DNA from: Laetmonice hystrix
Taxonomy: Eukaryota
Direction: 5' to 3'
Length of the DNA: 64,000 bases
NCBI GenBank assembly: GCA_965235115.1
Contig: OZ249436.1
Coordinates: forward strand, 52,516,001 to 52,580,000
The translations under genes were made by a program, and so were the position numbers. Of this stretch, positions 12,083 through 26,271 are shown piece by piece. The notes under the pieces were generated by a model, which was not told where the DNA came from, did no database searches, and saw only the letters and a list, made by a program, of their open reading frames with translations. Within the stretch, counting starts at the first letter, position 1. Every line of letters starts with the position of its first letter.

Positions 12083-12485
12083 ACTGGCTGATATTACAGG
12101 GGTGTACTAATGGTCACAAAGGGAGGTGAGCGACGGAGTGGTCTGGCTGATATTACAGGGGTGTAATGGTCACAAAGGGAGGTGAGCGACGGAGTGGTCT
12201 GGCTGATATTACAGGGGTGTTACTAATGGTCACAAAGGGAGGTGGGCGACGGAGTGGTCTGGCTGATATTACAGGGGTGTAATGGTCACAAAGGGAGGTG
12301 AGCGACGGAGTGGTCTGGCTGATATTACAGGAGTGTAATGATCACAAAGGGAGGTGAGCGACGGAGTGGTCTGGCTGATATTACAGGGGTGTTACTAATG
12401 GTCACAAAGGGAGGTGGGCGACGGAGTGGTCTGGCTGATATTACAGGGGTCAAATGGTCACAAAGGGAGGTGAGCGACGGAGTGT
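12083..12485. repeat. Minisatellite, about 56-60-bp unit
   Basis: ctggctgatattacaggggtgtaatggtcacaaagggaggtgagcgacggagtggt repeated about 7 times. Confidence 0.95.
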
Positions 12486-13587
12486 TCATTTGTAACCGCC
12501 GACTTCTTGTCGTGATCAAGATGACTATTTTCAAACAAAAGGCTAGGGGTGGGGGCAAAGTATCAATTCATTTCCCCCTTCCAGGGTTCGTACCTGTCCT
12601 GCAATCCTGGAAAGGTCCTCACGTTTTGATAGTGCCCACAGTCCACTTATAATTTAAATAATGGCCTTCTTTATACGGTACCACTGTAATAAGTAGACAT
12701 ACATTGTATATAGACTTCAGGCTTATGTCTGTGTGGGACTGCAGTAGGCTAATATTCGTGGAAAGGTAACGAATAGAGTTTGTGTCACAACCCCCCCCCC
12801 CCCCCCGATACTGGGTGTATATTTGGTGAGAGTTTTAGATGAAACTTTGGAATTGTTAGGGAAACAGTAGTGTTCCCTCGATGCTCTTATTACTTCATCG
12901 TCCTGTTTCAGATCTCTCATGTAATGTTACATTACTCGGAATTCCTTTGTAATGTGGCGTTTGATGTCAATCCTACATCTATACGTATAGGTGGTGGCGA
13001 GTGTGGTCATACGAGCCTGCAGAACGCTAGCAATAATTAGACCACTATGTCCCAGCATACAGTCTCCAGGGAAAGGAGGACGGGTGTACGTTCATCCAAC
13101 TGTGCTGCCATCTAGCGTATTATCGGATCTGAAAGCGCGCGTCCCCGTATTAAAGCGCCCCCCCCCCCCCAATCCAAGGTTTGTTTCTGGTACAAAGGCC
13201 CGGCGTCGGGAAAGAAAACAGATCCACCGTTTATTCCAATTGCATCTCATGCACTGATTGTCGTACCCATTAACTTGGTCCCAGGCTGCATTTGGGTTGT
13301 GGAAGGTAAACAATCGTTATTCGGGCAACTGTGACTGCATTTAGGAAATTGACACACCATTGGAAAGAGGAGGTTTGGGCCTATCAAATACAACTTATTT
13401 TCCCACAAAATTATGATATTTTAGGATTTCGTTTTTTTTCTTGGACGCCCTGTATATAGGCATATACCCCACTGTATTGTAGGCCTCCTGGCACTTGAAA
13501 ACTTTTCAAAAGTAAATTCTCAAACCGTTGTTTGTTGAAATGAATTGCACGTAGGCCTATATGCAGCCATATGACCTCTATACCTTT

Positions 13588-14806
13588 TGGCTTGCTATGT
13601 CTATAGCAAGCGCTGATTCAATAACAAACGGCTCAGTCGAACATTATTCGAACATATTATTGGGCTGTTACCAACATTGACACGTCATAAGGTTGCTGTT
13701 GAAAGTGGCGGCCGTTCGGAGGAGAACGTCTCAGCTCACTGTATTATATCTGGGTCGGCTTGATTATATATCAAGGTAAAGTCTGATCTTCGAATTTATG
13801 CTAGGACGATACGTGTAATGAAACGGACCATAATGGTACCGACTTTGGCGGTATTTTGATCTGATCTGTTGTTTCAGACGAGCAGGCTCTCATGGAGTCG
13901 GGTGACCTGAGGAGGAGAGAGGTCTGTTTGCTGTCAACTAAAGGTCTATCCACCCTCATTGTTGTTCAATGTAGTGAGGAGATAATGTTATTGCTTTACG
14001 CAGTAATGATCAGTAAATCACAACAGTAATACATATGACAATTAGTATCGTGTCAGGCATCCTACACCATCAACTGAATCCTACACCAACTGCCAGTAGA
14101 GATGTTCACCCCCCCCCCCCCCCCGCCCCCGGCTAATGTTTGCAGCCACTCCCGAGAGCCTGATTGCTGTTACCTTAAGTACTCTATAGAAATAACACAA
14201 TCGTAAGTGTCAATGGAGCCGAGAATAAACTTGAAAGCTGAAACCACTGGCCCTAGTCGTGATTTGATAAAAATAGATTTCTCGATTTCTCAGAAGTGTA
14301 TGTGTCAAATTATATGAAACTTTACACAATAATCAGGGATGGTCTTAGGACGATGCATGTCACACAGATTTGTTTTATATCAGTCAAAATGGCCGCTTGG
14401 CAGCCATCTTGAATGTAAGCACATTTCGAGCAATAACTCCCCCGATTTCTGTCAAATTTGGTGCAAAAGAAGGGACATATGGGGGGCAATGTATATGCCC
14501 TAATGTATTCTCAGTTCAGAGCAAATATGGCGACATGGCAGCCATACTTGTTTTTTTATGCCTAATAAAAAAATAACACATTTTGGCTCCTATCTCGAAA
14601 AGGGTGCAAGATAACGCAATAGTTACTATTATTGACAGATAGGAAGTCCTACCTTGAAAGGTTAACCTTGAAAGGTCAATCAAGGTCATGCATATTTTCA
14701 ATGGCCTGTGTCTCCAAAACAGCTGAAGATAACGACATAACCCTGCTTGAAACATTACACATTGACCAGGAACAGTCTAAGAATGAGGCAAGACAAACAT
14801 ATTTTT
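13588..14806 (+). mobile_element. Probable degenerate Helentron/HINE-like non-autonomous element
   Basis: 5' hairpin gcttgctat-gtct-atagcaagc after a T-run; internal aaaatggccgc/gccatcttg, aggaagtc and aaggtcaa motifs resembling the HINE at 33123; 3' end not resolved. Confidence 0.35.
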
Positions 14807-17505
14807 GATATCAGTGAACACCTCAAGATAAGCACTTACTACAAATGATGAATGAAAACATAATATGAAGTCTCATGCATCACATGTCTCACAGATAATT
14901 AGTCCCTAACCAGTTGGGGGCTGTGACTCTGAGGGGATCTTGATTTTACATATAGCAGACCTGTTGACAGTGTAAAAGCCGCCCCGCTCCCAATTTCTGA
15001 AAGTGTACCCCTTCTCCCAGACAGCCCTGCCTCCCCGTCCCCCAAAAGGTACATTTGGAATATGCGGCTGCTTTGTCAATTTTCATCATTACTGAAAAAA
15101 ATGTATCGACTTTGCACTCGTTCCATAATACCGCTGAGATAGTCTTAAAGACTGTGGCGAGGTTATATTAAAGAAGAGAAACGCCCCCTCACGGTCCGGC
15201 CAGAGAGCGTGGGTGAGTGAATCAGGGGGGTTCAGACCTGTCGTCAATATTTCAGCCAACTCCTTGGAGTCATATTTGTGTAAACAAGGTTTGCCAAGGC
15301 CCCACAATAATCTTGATCCAGGGAGGAAACGTACTTTACTCAAACCTGATTAAACCTTTCAAGATCACCCAATGTCGGAGGTAAAGGTGCCTGGGGGGAA
15401 ATGGGGCGATAAGTCAAAGAATAAGAAGTGTTGACAAATTCGTATACGACTTTAGAATCCCATTTCCACCGACAGGGAAAATGGCACAATATTTTCCCTT
15501 TACTTGGTGGCGTTTTGATATGGCGCCCAAATCGTGTTGAAAACCTTGGCAGATAAAGCGGAACAGTCTGGTCGTGTCCATCCATATGTGGGAGAGCACA
15601 TTCGTAAACGTCCTTTAAAAATACACATCCCATCTTCCGCTAGTGGAATGCCTGAAAAATGAGGTCCTCTTTCGTTTCATCTAGCGAATTCATACATGTC
15701 TACTATGAACATTTCACTTGTACATTACCAACAGTCGATGGACATTAATTAAGAAATATATTTCAAATAATTATCCCTATAATAAAAACCTTTTTTATGC
15801 TGATGTCCCCATTACGCATTGAATGTATACCTAAACCAATAAAAGGGACTTCCACATATGCCAAATATTGTCGAGAATATCTTTCCTTATTTTACGGAAC
15901 ACTGTTGCATGGGTAAGACAGTATTCTCTTGGCCCTGTTGACAGCTATGTCGGTTAGACTAGTCCATCCTGAACATTGCTCAACATGGCTGCAGGCACAA
16001 CTGGAGTTTCTGCCGTCACAGAGAACCGGTGGGTATTACTTCTCAGGCAATCTCAAGTGGGCAATTCATTAATTAGTGAAATGAGGGAACAGGGTGTTGT
16101 CGGACAGTGGCCACTATCATGTTTTAATCGAGTCAGTAGCCAGTAAGGATGGATAGTAGGTCTTGAAATACGCCTGGCCTCTTTCTGTCCGATAATGACT
16201 GGGGGAAGATCGAGGACCTACTTAACTCGCCGATATCGATTCGGTAATTCACACGTTCACCTCACCAGGTTGTCAGGTTGTTGGGATATGGGGATAGACG
16301 TCCGCCTTTTATTTTGGTATAGACCCGGATTTAAGAAATTCCCGAGGGTGGCTTTAGTTATAAATAGAGAGATTGGGCCTGCAATCAACTCGGTGCCGGT
16401 GTTCTAAGCTTGGGGCTGTCCGTATGGAGGATGTCACCGGTCTGTCGTGAGCATAGAACTAGAGCATTTTATACTTGTCGTGCAGAAAAACTCAGCAATG
16501 CTTTACGAATGTGATGACACCAAACAAACAAACGAAATGGATAACATTTCTCTTGCAGGTAAATGGTTTCTTCCGGGTATTCCAGTTCCCCTCAAGTAAA
16601 ACTGACCACTAAGCATATATGACAATACAGTTGCATCATTGCATGTGAAAATTTAGGGAAGCTGTTCGTTTAAAAATATAGATTCAAGCTTTCCTAAAAT
16701 TGGTAATGTGAACCCTCACTTGGTTACCTGCTGTCCACAGCACGCACTTCGCTGTACGACCAGGTTCCACGAACTACGTGAGATTTCCTGTAAATGAACA
16801 TAGCACAGTGGCAGGTGCGCACAGCAAGATGAGTTTGCGCTTCATTAGATACCTGACAGTTGAGTAAAGGTACAGCAAATTCATCCCGATTATCATGAGC
16901 GAGCTTCAAAGACGATCAGTAATTAGGCAGGCGTATCCACTTCAAACTTAAGAATCCCAATGTCCATTAAATCTTCAAGAAATAACATCGTACTTGTGTG
17001 GGAAGTACAAGCGTTCATTAAGGGACAGACAGCTGGGACTAATCATGTTTTGTCAAATTAAACATTTGGAGAACCGAGTAGATCGTAGTGTAGTGTAGTT
17101 ATAGTGTAGTTTATAGTGTAGTTTAGTGTAGTGTAGCTAGTTAGTAACCCCCAGCTGGGTATCAAGTTTAGTGAACGGGGGGGGGGGGGGGGTAGGTTGG
17201 GAAAAATAGGCCTATGTTTATAACATCGGGCCTCGACGACCCCAGTACCCGGCTCAATATCTTGAAAATGGGGCAGCTTCAAAATTTGAAGCGGGTGAGT
17301 GGAGGCCTGTACAGTGGCGGATGGGGGGGGGGGCGGGTACGGGGGTTGCAACCCCCAACCCCCGTTACGAAGTATTTTTTTCTGTTTGACAGGTTCAAAC
17401 CAAACCCTCTCCCCCCCCCCCCACGTTGGCGCAAACCTGGATCCGCCCCTGTCATATGTATATACAACATGTACATACCATTACGTTGCTCGTTGCGGTC
17501 CCTAA

Positions 17506-17667
17506 AGCGGGTCATACACGCTGCGACTTACGATTTTTTGTTGCCGACTATTTGTCGCCGATTATTTGTCGTGAATAATCTGACCCGACGATTCGTCGCC
17601 GACGATTGTTGTAGGGTATGATCACGTCACGACGATTAGCGAAACATCGTAGCGTGTATCACCCGCT
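17506..17667. mobile_element. PIF/Harbinger-type MITE
   Basis: TIR agcgggtcatacacgct / agcgtgtatcacccgct; TAA TSD on both sides. Confidence 0.8.
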
Positions 17668-20600
17668 TAAATCGCCTATAGCTTGTTCCATCGACGACAT
17701 TTTTGAAGCTGGAATACGATAAGATTAATTCAATACGTGACACTAATACAATGTTGGTGATTCCATTAAAACCCCCTGGAAATCCCAGGGGGCAGCTGCC
17801 CTCTTGCCCTCCCCTCCCCCCACTGGCTACGGCCCTTATGACCATGGATAATTATATAATTTACTTGCAGCACTATCTTTTACCTGTCATGTATGATCCA
17901 AGGTCGCCAACGGCAGTTGTCACGACAGGCCCCGGAGTAAAACTGTATAAACAAACCATTAAAAAACACTTTCAAAGAACTTAGATGGCAGGCGATAGTG
18001 GGCATTACCCTGCAACAACAACACTTGGTCTGATTCATCATTAACCCCCGACTCAGGATATAGATTAAATGAAAAAAAGAAGGAGAAAAAGAAAACCACC
18101 CGAAGGGACGTCGATTCGCATTCGAGTCGATCCTGCCGCCAGGGATTGGGTGTGAACTTTGAAGATACCCGGCTATATGTTATAACAAATTGAAGAACGT
18201 CTCAGCGTCAAACTGGTCGAATTTCACTATTACTGATGGACCTTGCGACTTCGGTGTGCAGCGACTGTGAAATTAAAGGAGTATGCCACTATTCAGCATA
18301 TCCCGGATTCGTTGGGGACGGGGGGGGGGGGGGAAGAAAGAAAATTAAGGTTCCCTTGAGGTATATTTTCCATTTCGGCAGTTGCCTTACTAGGTAGACG
18401 TTTTGATGAATCTAACTTATAGAATATTGTGACAAGTCATCAATTATATTTTCAAAGCATGGTATTTTTTCCGAAAGATGTCACCATTTATCATGACGTA
18501 ATTACACGCATGCAAGGTCTGGCAGCATCGAAACGGCTTCTATCCTGTTGTTGATAATTCGGTCGTAATCCGTTGATCTGCTAGTAAACCCTTCACTTTC
18601 ATGGTATCATACGATTGAACATAGAAACTGCATAGAAACGATAACGGCTACCTTTACCTGACAAAGGTTGACTGAGTAGGCCGTATACGAGTCGCCCAAA
18701 GCAGAATGAGGTAAATATCGGTGTATGGAGCTCCAAGACATGCTAACCCCCCTCTCTCCCCTATTTCGTGGACAAAGGTCATTTCTGGATAGCACAAGTA
18801 CATTTGGGAGAGAAAACGGATTTCCTGTTGAGACGGAATGTATTTTGCAGACAAAAGGAATTTCTCTCATGGAAAAGTGGACGTTATTTTTCCGGCGTCT
18901 TCCTACCCGTGGCGAACAAGACTGGTCTCCGCCATGTGTTAATTACAAGTCATAGCACGGCCAGGATATCTCTAGGTCCCTATAACATCGCCTACCTTCT
19001 CTTCCTGAGAACTAGATCAGGGGATGTCAACGGCAGATGCCCCCCCCCCCCCCCACATGTCCACACACACCGTCCTGGCCCCATTATTTGTTGGTTGTTT
19101 CCATGGGCAGCCAGGATACGTCTGCCCTGAGGTGTAGCCGAGCAAGGGCCGATACACAAGGTCCACTCCAACATTTCGCCTACAAGTCAGATGTTGGTGA
19201 CATATCTTCTGATTAGTTGAGCATCTCGACCTCCCAGCCAGGAAGTCGATGTCAGCGGTGTTCACTTAACGGGAAACCGTAAACCCGAACGACATCTGTA
19301 CACAGGGGCGTGAAAATAGCAATATAATAAAAATAATAAAAAAAATAATAACCTCGGCGTTTCAGTAGGAGAGGAAACGCAGCGAAAGCATAAAAATTGG
19401 AATCGGTGGAGGGTAGATTTTATTACCTTTATGATCGCCTAATCATTGGCAATGTGCAATATTTGTATTTGTCCCTTTAACCTGATAACACTTGGTGTGT
19501 ATTCTGAATACCTGGTTATAAGGTATGCAGTGGACAGTTCATTGACCGCCTTGTGAATACTAAAACCACTTTTGCCGGCTGCAGGTTAACATCACAATGC
19601 GGCAAAGTGTACTCGCTATGCTACGCCGAATCAATCAAGGAACATGTCAAGTCTATCGCAAATCACACGACAGGAGTACAAATGCCTTCAATAAGGTCAC
19701 ACTGAATTCTATTCGAAGACATTAACATTACGAGCCAGGGCCGTAAATGAAAGGTATAGTGCCAAAGGTATATTAGGCGTGATGCTCTGCGGGAAATTGT
19801 GGTAAAAACAGCACATCTGACAGCTAACCTTTTTAGAATGGAACTGAGAGACGTATTTTTAAAAAAAGTCCCTCTTTCAAGTACAAGCCACTCTCGTTAT
19901 CTCGTTCGTCGGGGAACTCTTTGTGCGCATGCAGTGCACTATGGTTCCGCGAAGAAGCAGCATGGCCGCAGTCTTGCTTGCGAGCGATCCCAACCAGAAA
20001 TGTAGAATGTGAGGGTGACAATGCATTTCGTCGCTGTCTGTTTACAAAACCTACGTACATATTAAATCTAAGAAGTATGCTAGTGCCAGCAGGTGCACAG
20101 ATTTTGAAGCTCTAGGTAAGCATGAAACCCGGCCCAACTGGCTTCCCGTAACGTTCAACCAGGTTGACATGATTCCTTTAACTCGTAGGGTACGCGTAAA
20201 TTTGAAACAGTTGGATGATTTCACGTCGTGACGTAGGCCTACTAGCTTTAATACTAAACAGCACCGAATCCCCACATGCCTCTCTCTTCGTCATCCACGT
20301 ATAATCATCGACGACCACTGATCCCAAAGCATACCCCCAGAAAAAAGGAAATCTTCGACTCAGACAGACATTTCTATTTTTCAGCACGTCAACTGAGCGT
20401 CATATCTGAGCGCATTCAGACAAGGTTTGCCAAGTGTCACATTTAACACCTCAGCAACTCTCTGCAGCACCCCTTTTACAACGGACGAATGGTCAGAATA
20501 ATCAAAGAGCTGATGAAAAACACACTGTCGGGGCTCTTCTTGCGATAAGAACCACCGCCGTCTGCCATTTTATCACCATTGGAACTTATCTTTGTTTGGA

Positions 20601-22465
20601 AGGCCATGAGAAACTTGTCCTTCAAAGAACAGACCAAGATGCTCTAGCCTATAGAAAAGATCGACGCTTCAAAAGCAATGTGAACCCAATATAATCGACG
20701 AAGTCGCAAAATTGCTTGAGGGTTATAGCTCTCTACCAATAGCAGTTTTCTCTAACTCGGGCGGTGAACGAGATTATTTCATAGAGGTCATATCATCATT
20801 CTCGTGGCTGGAGAATGCCAACCCTGAGTATACCACCCCTGTCGAGCACATTATATACACTCACAGCAAGATAACGTGATTGACTCATTTTTAATCAAGT
20901 TAATAGACTCCTTATTATGCAATTAATTTTTTTCTGATAAGACAACCTACTTATGCTACGTCGAATGCAGACTAACACGTAAATAACCCTGTTATAAAGG
21001 CCAGCCTGACTAATGAGAAGTTGGTATCTGAGAATGATAACGTAATTCAAGACAGGTGACTAATCACATATTTATACCGGATATAGGGTTACCTAATCAA
21101 AAAACAACTATAAAGCTATTGCTCAGAACGGCACTCAGAACTCGGAACTATATATGGCTCTAGATGGGAGTAGCTTCTTTTGTATTTATTTTCCTCGTTG
21201 CTATTCAAGTATTTGGTTACATACAATGTTCTTTTCTTTTTAGTAACATATAGGTGGATCATGTGATAAAACATGAAGAAATGTCTTGGAACGTGATACC
21301 CCATCACAAAACACAAAGGAACAATTCCCATTACCCGTCATCGTAACCTCGATTATCGATTATCGCTGTACGTGCAGGCAGCCGATGACTTCTCTCCATA
21401 CAGAATGTGCTCTAACATTACTTTAATCAGACGAGAGTTAATGCCACTCATCTCGTTGGCAGAATATCCTCAGGTATTCCAATACCTTTGGAAGCAGACA
21501 GATAGAACATATCATAGGCACGTTTATGTCCTAATGAGAATAGGGCCGCGTCATTTAATGTCTGGCATTACCTGTCCTAAATCTTTTCCATCTTCAAAAG
21601 AAACAAGACATAAGGACATAGTAGATGGCAACCACAGCAGAATGAAGCAGGCCAGCGGCCAGGCGGTCGATCGTATATCTACACAATGGCAGCGATCTCT
21701 GGTAACGACCACCGTCTATTGGATTCTGGATGAAGAGCAAGATATGATGAAGGCGAAAATACGCATGTGGTATTCAATCATTCTCCTACCCGTATCAAGA
21801 GATGGATCTATCAATAGAGTTTTGAGAATCGATTAGATGGTTGGGAGCTGCAAATGCGAATATATTTCACCTGACGTGATACATGCGACTGGCAGTAGAT
21901 AGTTGATTGCAGACACGTTCCGTTCCTGTCTCATAGGTCTCCATACTTGGGTAAGAAAATTACTCGTTCGTGTTCTCACGTCATCGCCCTGGTTAGCGTC
22001 ACACTAGCAGAAAAACTGTGCAAATCAGACACACCGATCACAATTATCCTTTTATTAGGAGGACAATAATGGCTAAACAACACCTGTTTGGTGTATGTTA
22101 CCAGCTTGGAAAACCTATCCGAGGTTCGCTGTAATGTTCTCCATGTTATAATGGCTTTCGCCTATACGCCGGCAAAGGTGTATCAACCTGCACAGTTTAA
22201 ATGTGAGGTTGTATTAATGCACCCGCACAGTCCTATATAGACTAAACTTGCCTGCCCAGTCATATGAAGAGGTATCCATGCTCAGTCCGTAAAGAATGCG
22301 CGTGCCATACGGACTGATTTGATTATACACGTTTCGTGGTGGCGCGACGTTATAAGGCCCAATGGAAGTACAGGAACATGTATTATAAATTAGGTCATCG
22401 AAAGATCTGGAAGTGTTTATTAAAGCGTTGTTAATTTTTGTTTAATGTTGGTTTGTTTTCCTTAA

Positions 22466-22906
22466 AGGCAGGGTAAACACCCACGGCAAATAAGGTTTCA
22501 TAGACCAAATGAAACACCAGCATTTCACTGAGGGCAATAAATGCCACAATTAAGTTGTCAGAATGAAGTAATTAACGTGTAACCGCCTGATGTATGACGC
22601 CGCTGGTTCTGACCTTGACCTTCTTGTGTGTTCATCAGAGCCGAATGCTGCACACCGCGGCGTATTGCGTAACATTACGTGTTACTCTGCTCACATACCT
22701 TGTCTACACGATGTTTGGAGTCCCAACGTTTGTAAACGTCCGAGGTGTTGAACACACAAGCAGAACCAGTGGCGCCATACATCGGGCAGTTCCACGTTAA
22801 TTACTTCATTCAGACAAGGTAATTGTGTCATTTATTGCCCTGAGGTAAATGCTGGTGTTTCATTTGGTCTACGAAACCTTATTTGCCGTGGGTGTTTACC
22901 CTCCCT
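22466..22906. mobile_element. TTAA-targeting MITE (Kolobok-like) with about 115-bp TIRs
   Basis: TTAA|aggcagggtaaacacccacggcaaataaggtttc ... gaaaccttatttgccgtgggtgtttaccctccct|TTAA. Confidence 0.8.
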
Positions 22907-23282
22907 TTAAATTAGATATAATCCAAGCACTAACGGAATTCGGTTCCTTCCTGGCGGGAAAGTGTGGAACTCTATCTCGTCGCCGTGACTGAAGGACCCT
23001 CACCCCGTTACGTGTTTGTATGTAGTTACCTGCACCTGTTACCTGAAGGGGTATCAATGAACAGTTGCCAGTCGTGTATCTACAGTTACCTTCACGGTTG
23101 TATGGAGGTTGTATGGAGGTATATCAGTGTTCAGTCTGCACCTGCTGAGTCCTGTATCTACAATTACCTGCACATGCAGTCATCTGATTTGATCGAGAAT
23201 CACCACCGAATCAACTTGTGGCGTCTTTCACGTTGATACCTTCCTCATCCGTTTGGGAATGTAAATCATTATATTAAGAGCC

Positions 23283-23324
23283 TTATTAATTAATTAATTA
23301 ATTAATTAATTAATTAATTAATTA
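23283..23324. repeat. (TAAT)n microsatellite
   Basis: About 10 direct TAAT units. Confidence 0.9.
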
Positions 23325-24560
23325 GTATATCTAAATATTATTAGCCGATAAACAACACCACTGAAAACGTAGGTCAGGTGGATGGTCCATAAATAAGGCT
23401 AGACTGAGCGGACATGTCATGTGGGCGGCCAGGTAAGGTATACAACCGGACGGCTTGTCGTACATATGACAACCTTTTCTGTGCAGCGCTCTTCCTCTGG
23501 CCACCTGCAGTCTCAAGTCCAACTCTTCGCCCCAGAAACCACACGCACAGCTTGGTGGATTAATGCTAACCCCAGACCCACAGATGGCACCGTAATCGGT
23601 AACGCTCAGCCTGCAGATGGTACCGTAGTCGCCCACCCCAGGCATGCAGATGGCAGCGTCGTATAGTTTCATTGGCGGACAAGACAGTTGGGCCTGCTTG
23701 ACAGTCGACAAGTCAAGGGTCAGGGCTGTTAAAGTGGTCCTATTTTTCAAGTGATATCTATGACTGCTGGTTCCAGCGGTCAGAGTCGCACAGAGCCTCA
23801 GGGGATTGGAGGGGGAGGCTCTGAGGTACCGTACGCCAAGTTTGTCTGTGCACTAGTGACAGATAGATGGGGCAGCGTGGCAGGGAGTGAAGGTTACGCA
23901 GAACCGGCCCGACTGTGCGGAGATTGGAAAATTGGTAATTCGAGCTCGGGCTTTGAGAAATGTTGAAATTTTCACCGAGGCTATAAATCAGATGGCGGGA
24001 TGTAAGTAATTAGGAGAGGTAGGCCCATTCACGCTTGTGTGTGTGTGTGTGTGGGGGGGGGGTGTGAATGGGCGTGCCACACAAACGTCCATACAAGAAA
24101 TAACCTTGTCTACGGGGGAGAAGAAGATTTGGGACGGACGGACACGGACCTACCACGGATTATCCCTTTAGTACGAGTATCGCCGAACCTCTCCAGGACA
24201 TGCTCAAAACATTGCCTTGCTCCAGGTTACGTCATAATCATGTCCGACACACTTCTGAGCGACGGCGACCGAAGCAGGTTGTGTGGGTGGGTGAGTGAGC
24301 TAGGAGGAGATTTGAGAAAATGCTGGCCCAACAGAATCATTCAAAAAGCTCTAGGCCCGCAGGAAAAATAAATAAATAAATTATAGGTGAAAAAATTAAT
24401 GGGGAGGTAATGATATCAAAATTTAATGCACCCTCGACTTTTGTTTTCACTTTAAATTTCATGTTATTAAAGCCAACAAGGTATAAATTGTAAAAACTGA
24501 TTTGCTCATTATAAACCAAACTGCTCCGGTCCGTGTTGATAACATCAACAACACTCCGTG

Positions 24561-24621
24561 CACGGGCCGCATTCACTGACCACGGGCCGCATTCACTGAC
24601 CACGGGCCGCATTCACTGACC
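24561..24621. repeat. 3 x 20-bp tandem repeat
   Basis: cacgggccgcattcactgac repeated three times. Confidence 0.9.
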
Positions 24622-26019
24622 ATTGTAAAGTATTGGGTTACTGAGGATGTACCTTTCTGCTGTGGCCAGTGTGAGACACTCTGGTATCACGTGACACTGG
24701 CATGGGGAACGCTGCTGTCCGGTCGGGCCTTCAACATGCATACGTGTGCCAATCTCTGCGCCCATAGAATGGCTGATTCAGGAAGGCTCACATAGATCTA
24801 CACAGCTTGCGCTCAAGCTCTGATCTGACAGGCACGCTACCATTCATACCCAGACCAAAGCCCTTTAATTGCGCAGTGGACTTGCGGTATTTTGCATGGA
24901 ATAACGCTGCTTCATCCAACAAAAGAGCCTAAATACCACGGGCGTGTTGCAATAACAGCAGCTTTGATGGTTTTGTCGCGAGCACCACCAGCACCGACCA
25001 CAGCAGCAATATCGCACAACCTAACGTCTGCCACAGTCTGACGATGAGACTAGATTAGTTTGCCTGTGGCCTCCGACGCCAGCATACTTGACAACAGTGT
25101 GGCTTGCTTTCCCTCATACATTAGGGGTCAGAATGAGACGTATTGCCTCCAGAAAAGCGTTTTTAAGAAGGTTGTGTACCCAACAGTTGTCAGTCCGTCG
25201 GGGAATTTTTCTACCTTCGTAAAAACACCCACATCGTCCAAAAAACAATTTGGCAGAAACTAATCCTACCAACTCCTCCTTGGAGAGAGGGACAAGGAAC
25301 TATTTTCTACCTGCCGTATTTTGAACATCGCCGTCTTACCTTACAAGCAACCACGAAGGATGGTCTAAACTGGGACGGAAGTTACTTGCAGGACAATCAA
25401 AGGTACGTAGTATTGACGTTTTATTGTCTGATGTTTCAACCCAAAGTCCTTTATGTTGATAGCGTTCAGTTTGGTGTGAATCAATCCAAAGTGTTGCATG
25501 TCGTAAGGACAGTGTCCTCTGGAGAAGTGGCCCTGCCCGACGCACACAGTCACCGGTCCAAGACACGCAATCTTCTCATCTTCAATTGTTTCTAATCGGT
25601 TCCGTCACATGGAAGGTCACAGTTCACTATCATTAATCGGACAGAAAAAATAACATCTTGTATATTAAAGGGGCACAATTTTTCGACTGATTGAGTTTTT
25701 CTTATATGGTAGCATAAAGACGTCCAATATATATATTCCTTCCCTGAAAATAGCGTTGATTAGCCTGTAATGAATCCGACAGGAAGCCCCCAAAGTAAAT
25801 TTCGGGGTTTCGTAGTTAAGCATTGTAGAAAGGGCGTGGCCCCAAGTGACCTCACCCGTTGGAAGTTATGCCATTTCTCGGTCAAAACAACGGTTTTCGC
25901 TCAATTTTTTTTTATGTTTTGCATTTAACTATAGAATGCCTTACAAAAGAGTCAAAGGCCGCTCGAAAGTGCGATTCTTCCAATTGTGCGCTTTAACACA
26001 TGCAGGCATCGAAAAAGTT

Positions 26020-26271
26020 ACACTTTCGAGTTCGAGCCGCGGCCGCGCCGGACTTTACTGCGTAGCAGTGCTGCCGTGTCACGATACGTCACGTTACAGA
26101 TCCCTTTGTTATCTATCGATAAGAGTAGGGGTTCGCCCCGGTGCGCGGGTTTCTTCCTAACATATCATTATCACCCAATGGATTTCACCGACTGAGTTAG
26201 GTACCTTGTTCTCGCCCTGACAGAGCTGAAATACTGCTGACTGGGCGTTAAACGCCAAGTAGTCACTCACT
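26020..26271 (+). mobile_element. Degenerate tRNA-derived SINE, probably with a Meta-type core
   Basis: B-box-like gttcgagcc; core cacgtt.cagatccc...aagagtaggggttcgccccgg; tail gctgaaatactgctgactgggcgttaaacgcc; similar core at about 55980-56090. Confidence 0.5.

Noticed and set aside
21372..21836. 154-aa ORF, and a GPCR-like FILLWLP on the opposite strand
   Set aside because: A single short motif with stops nearby and no supporting transmembrane pattern
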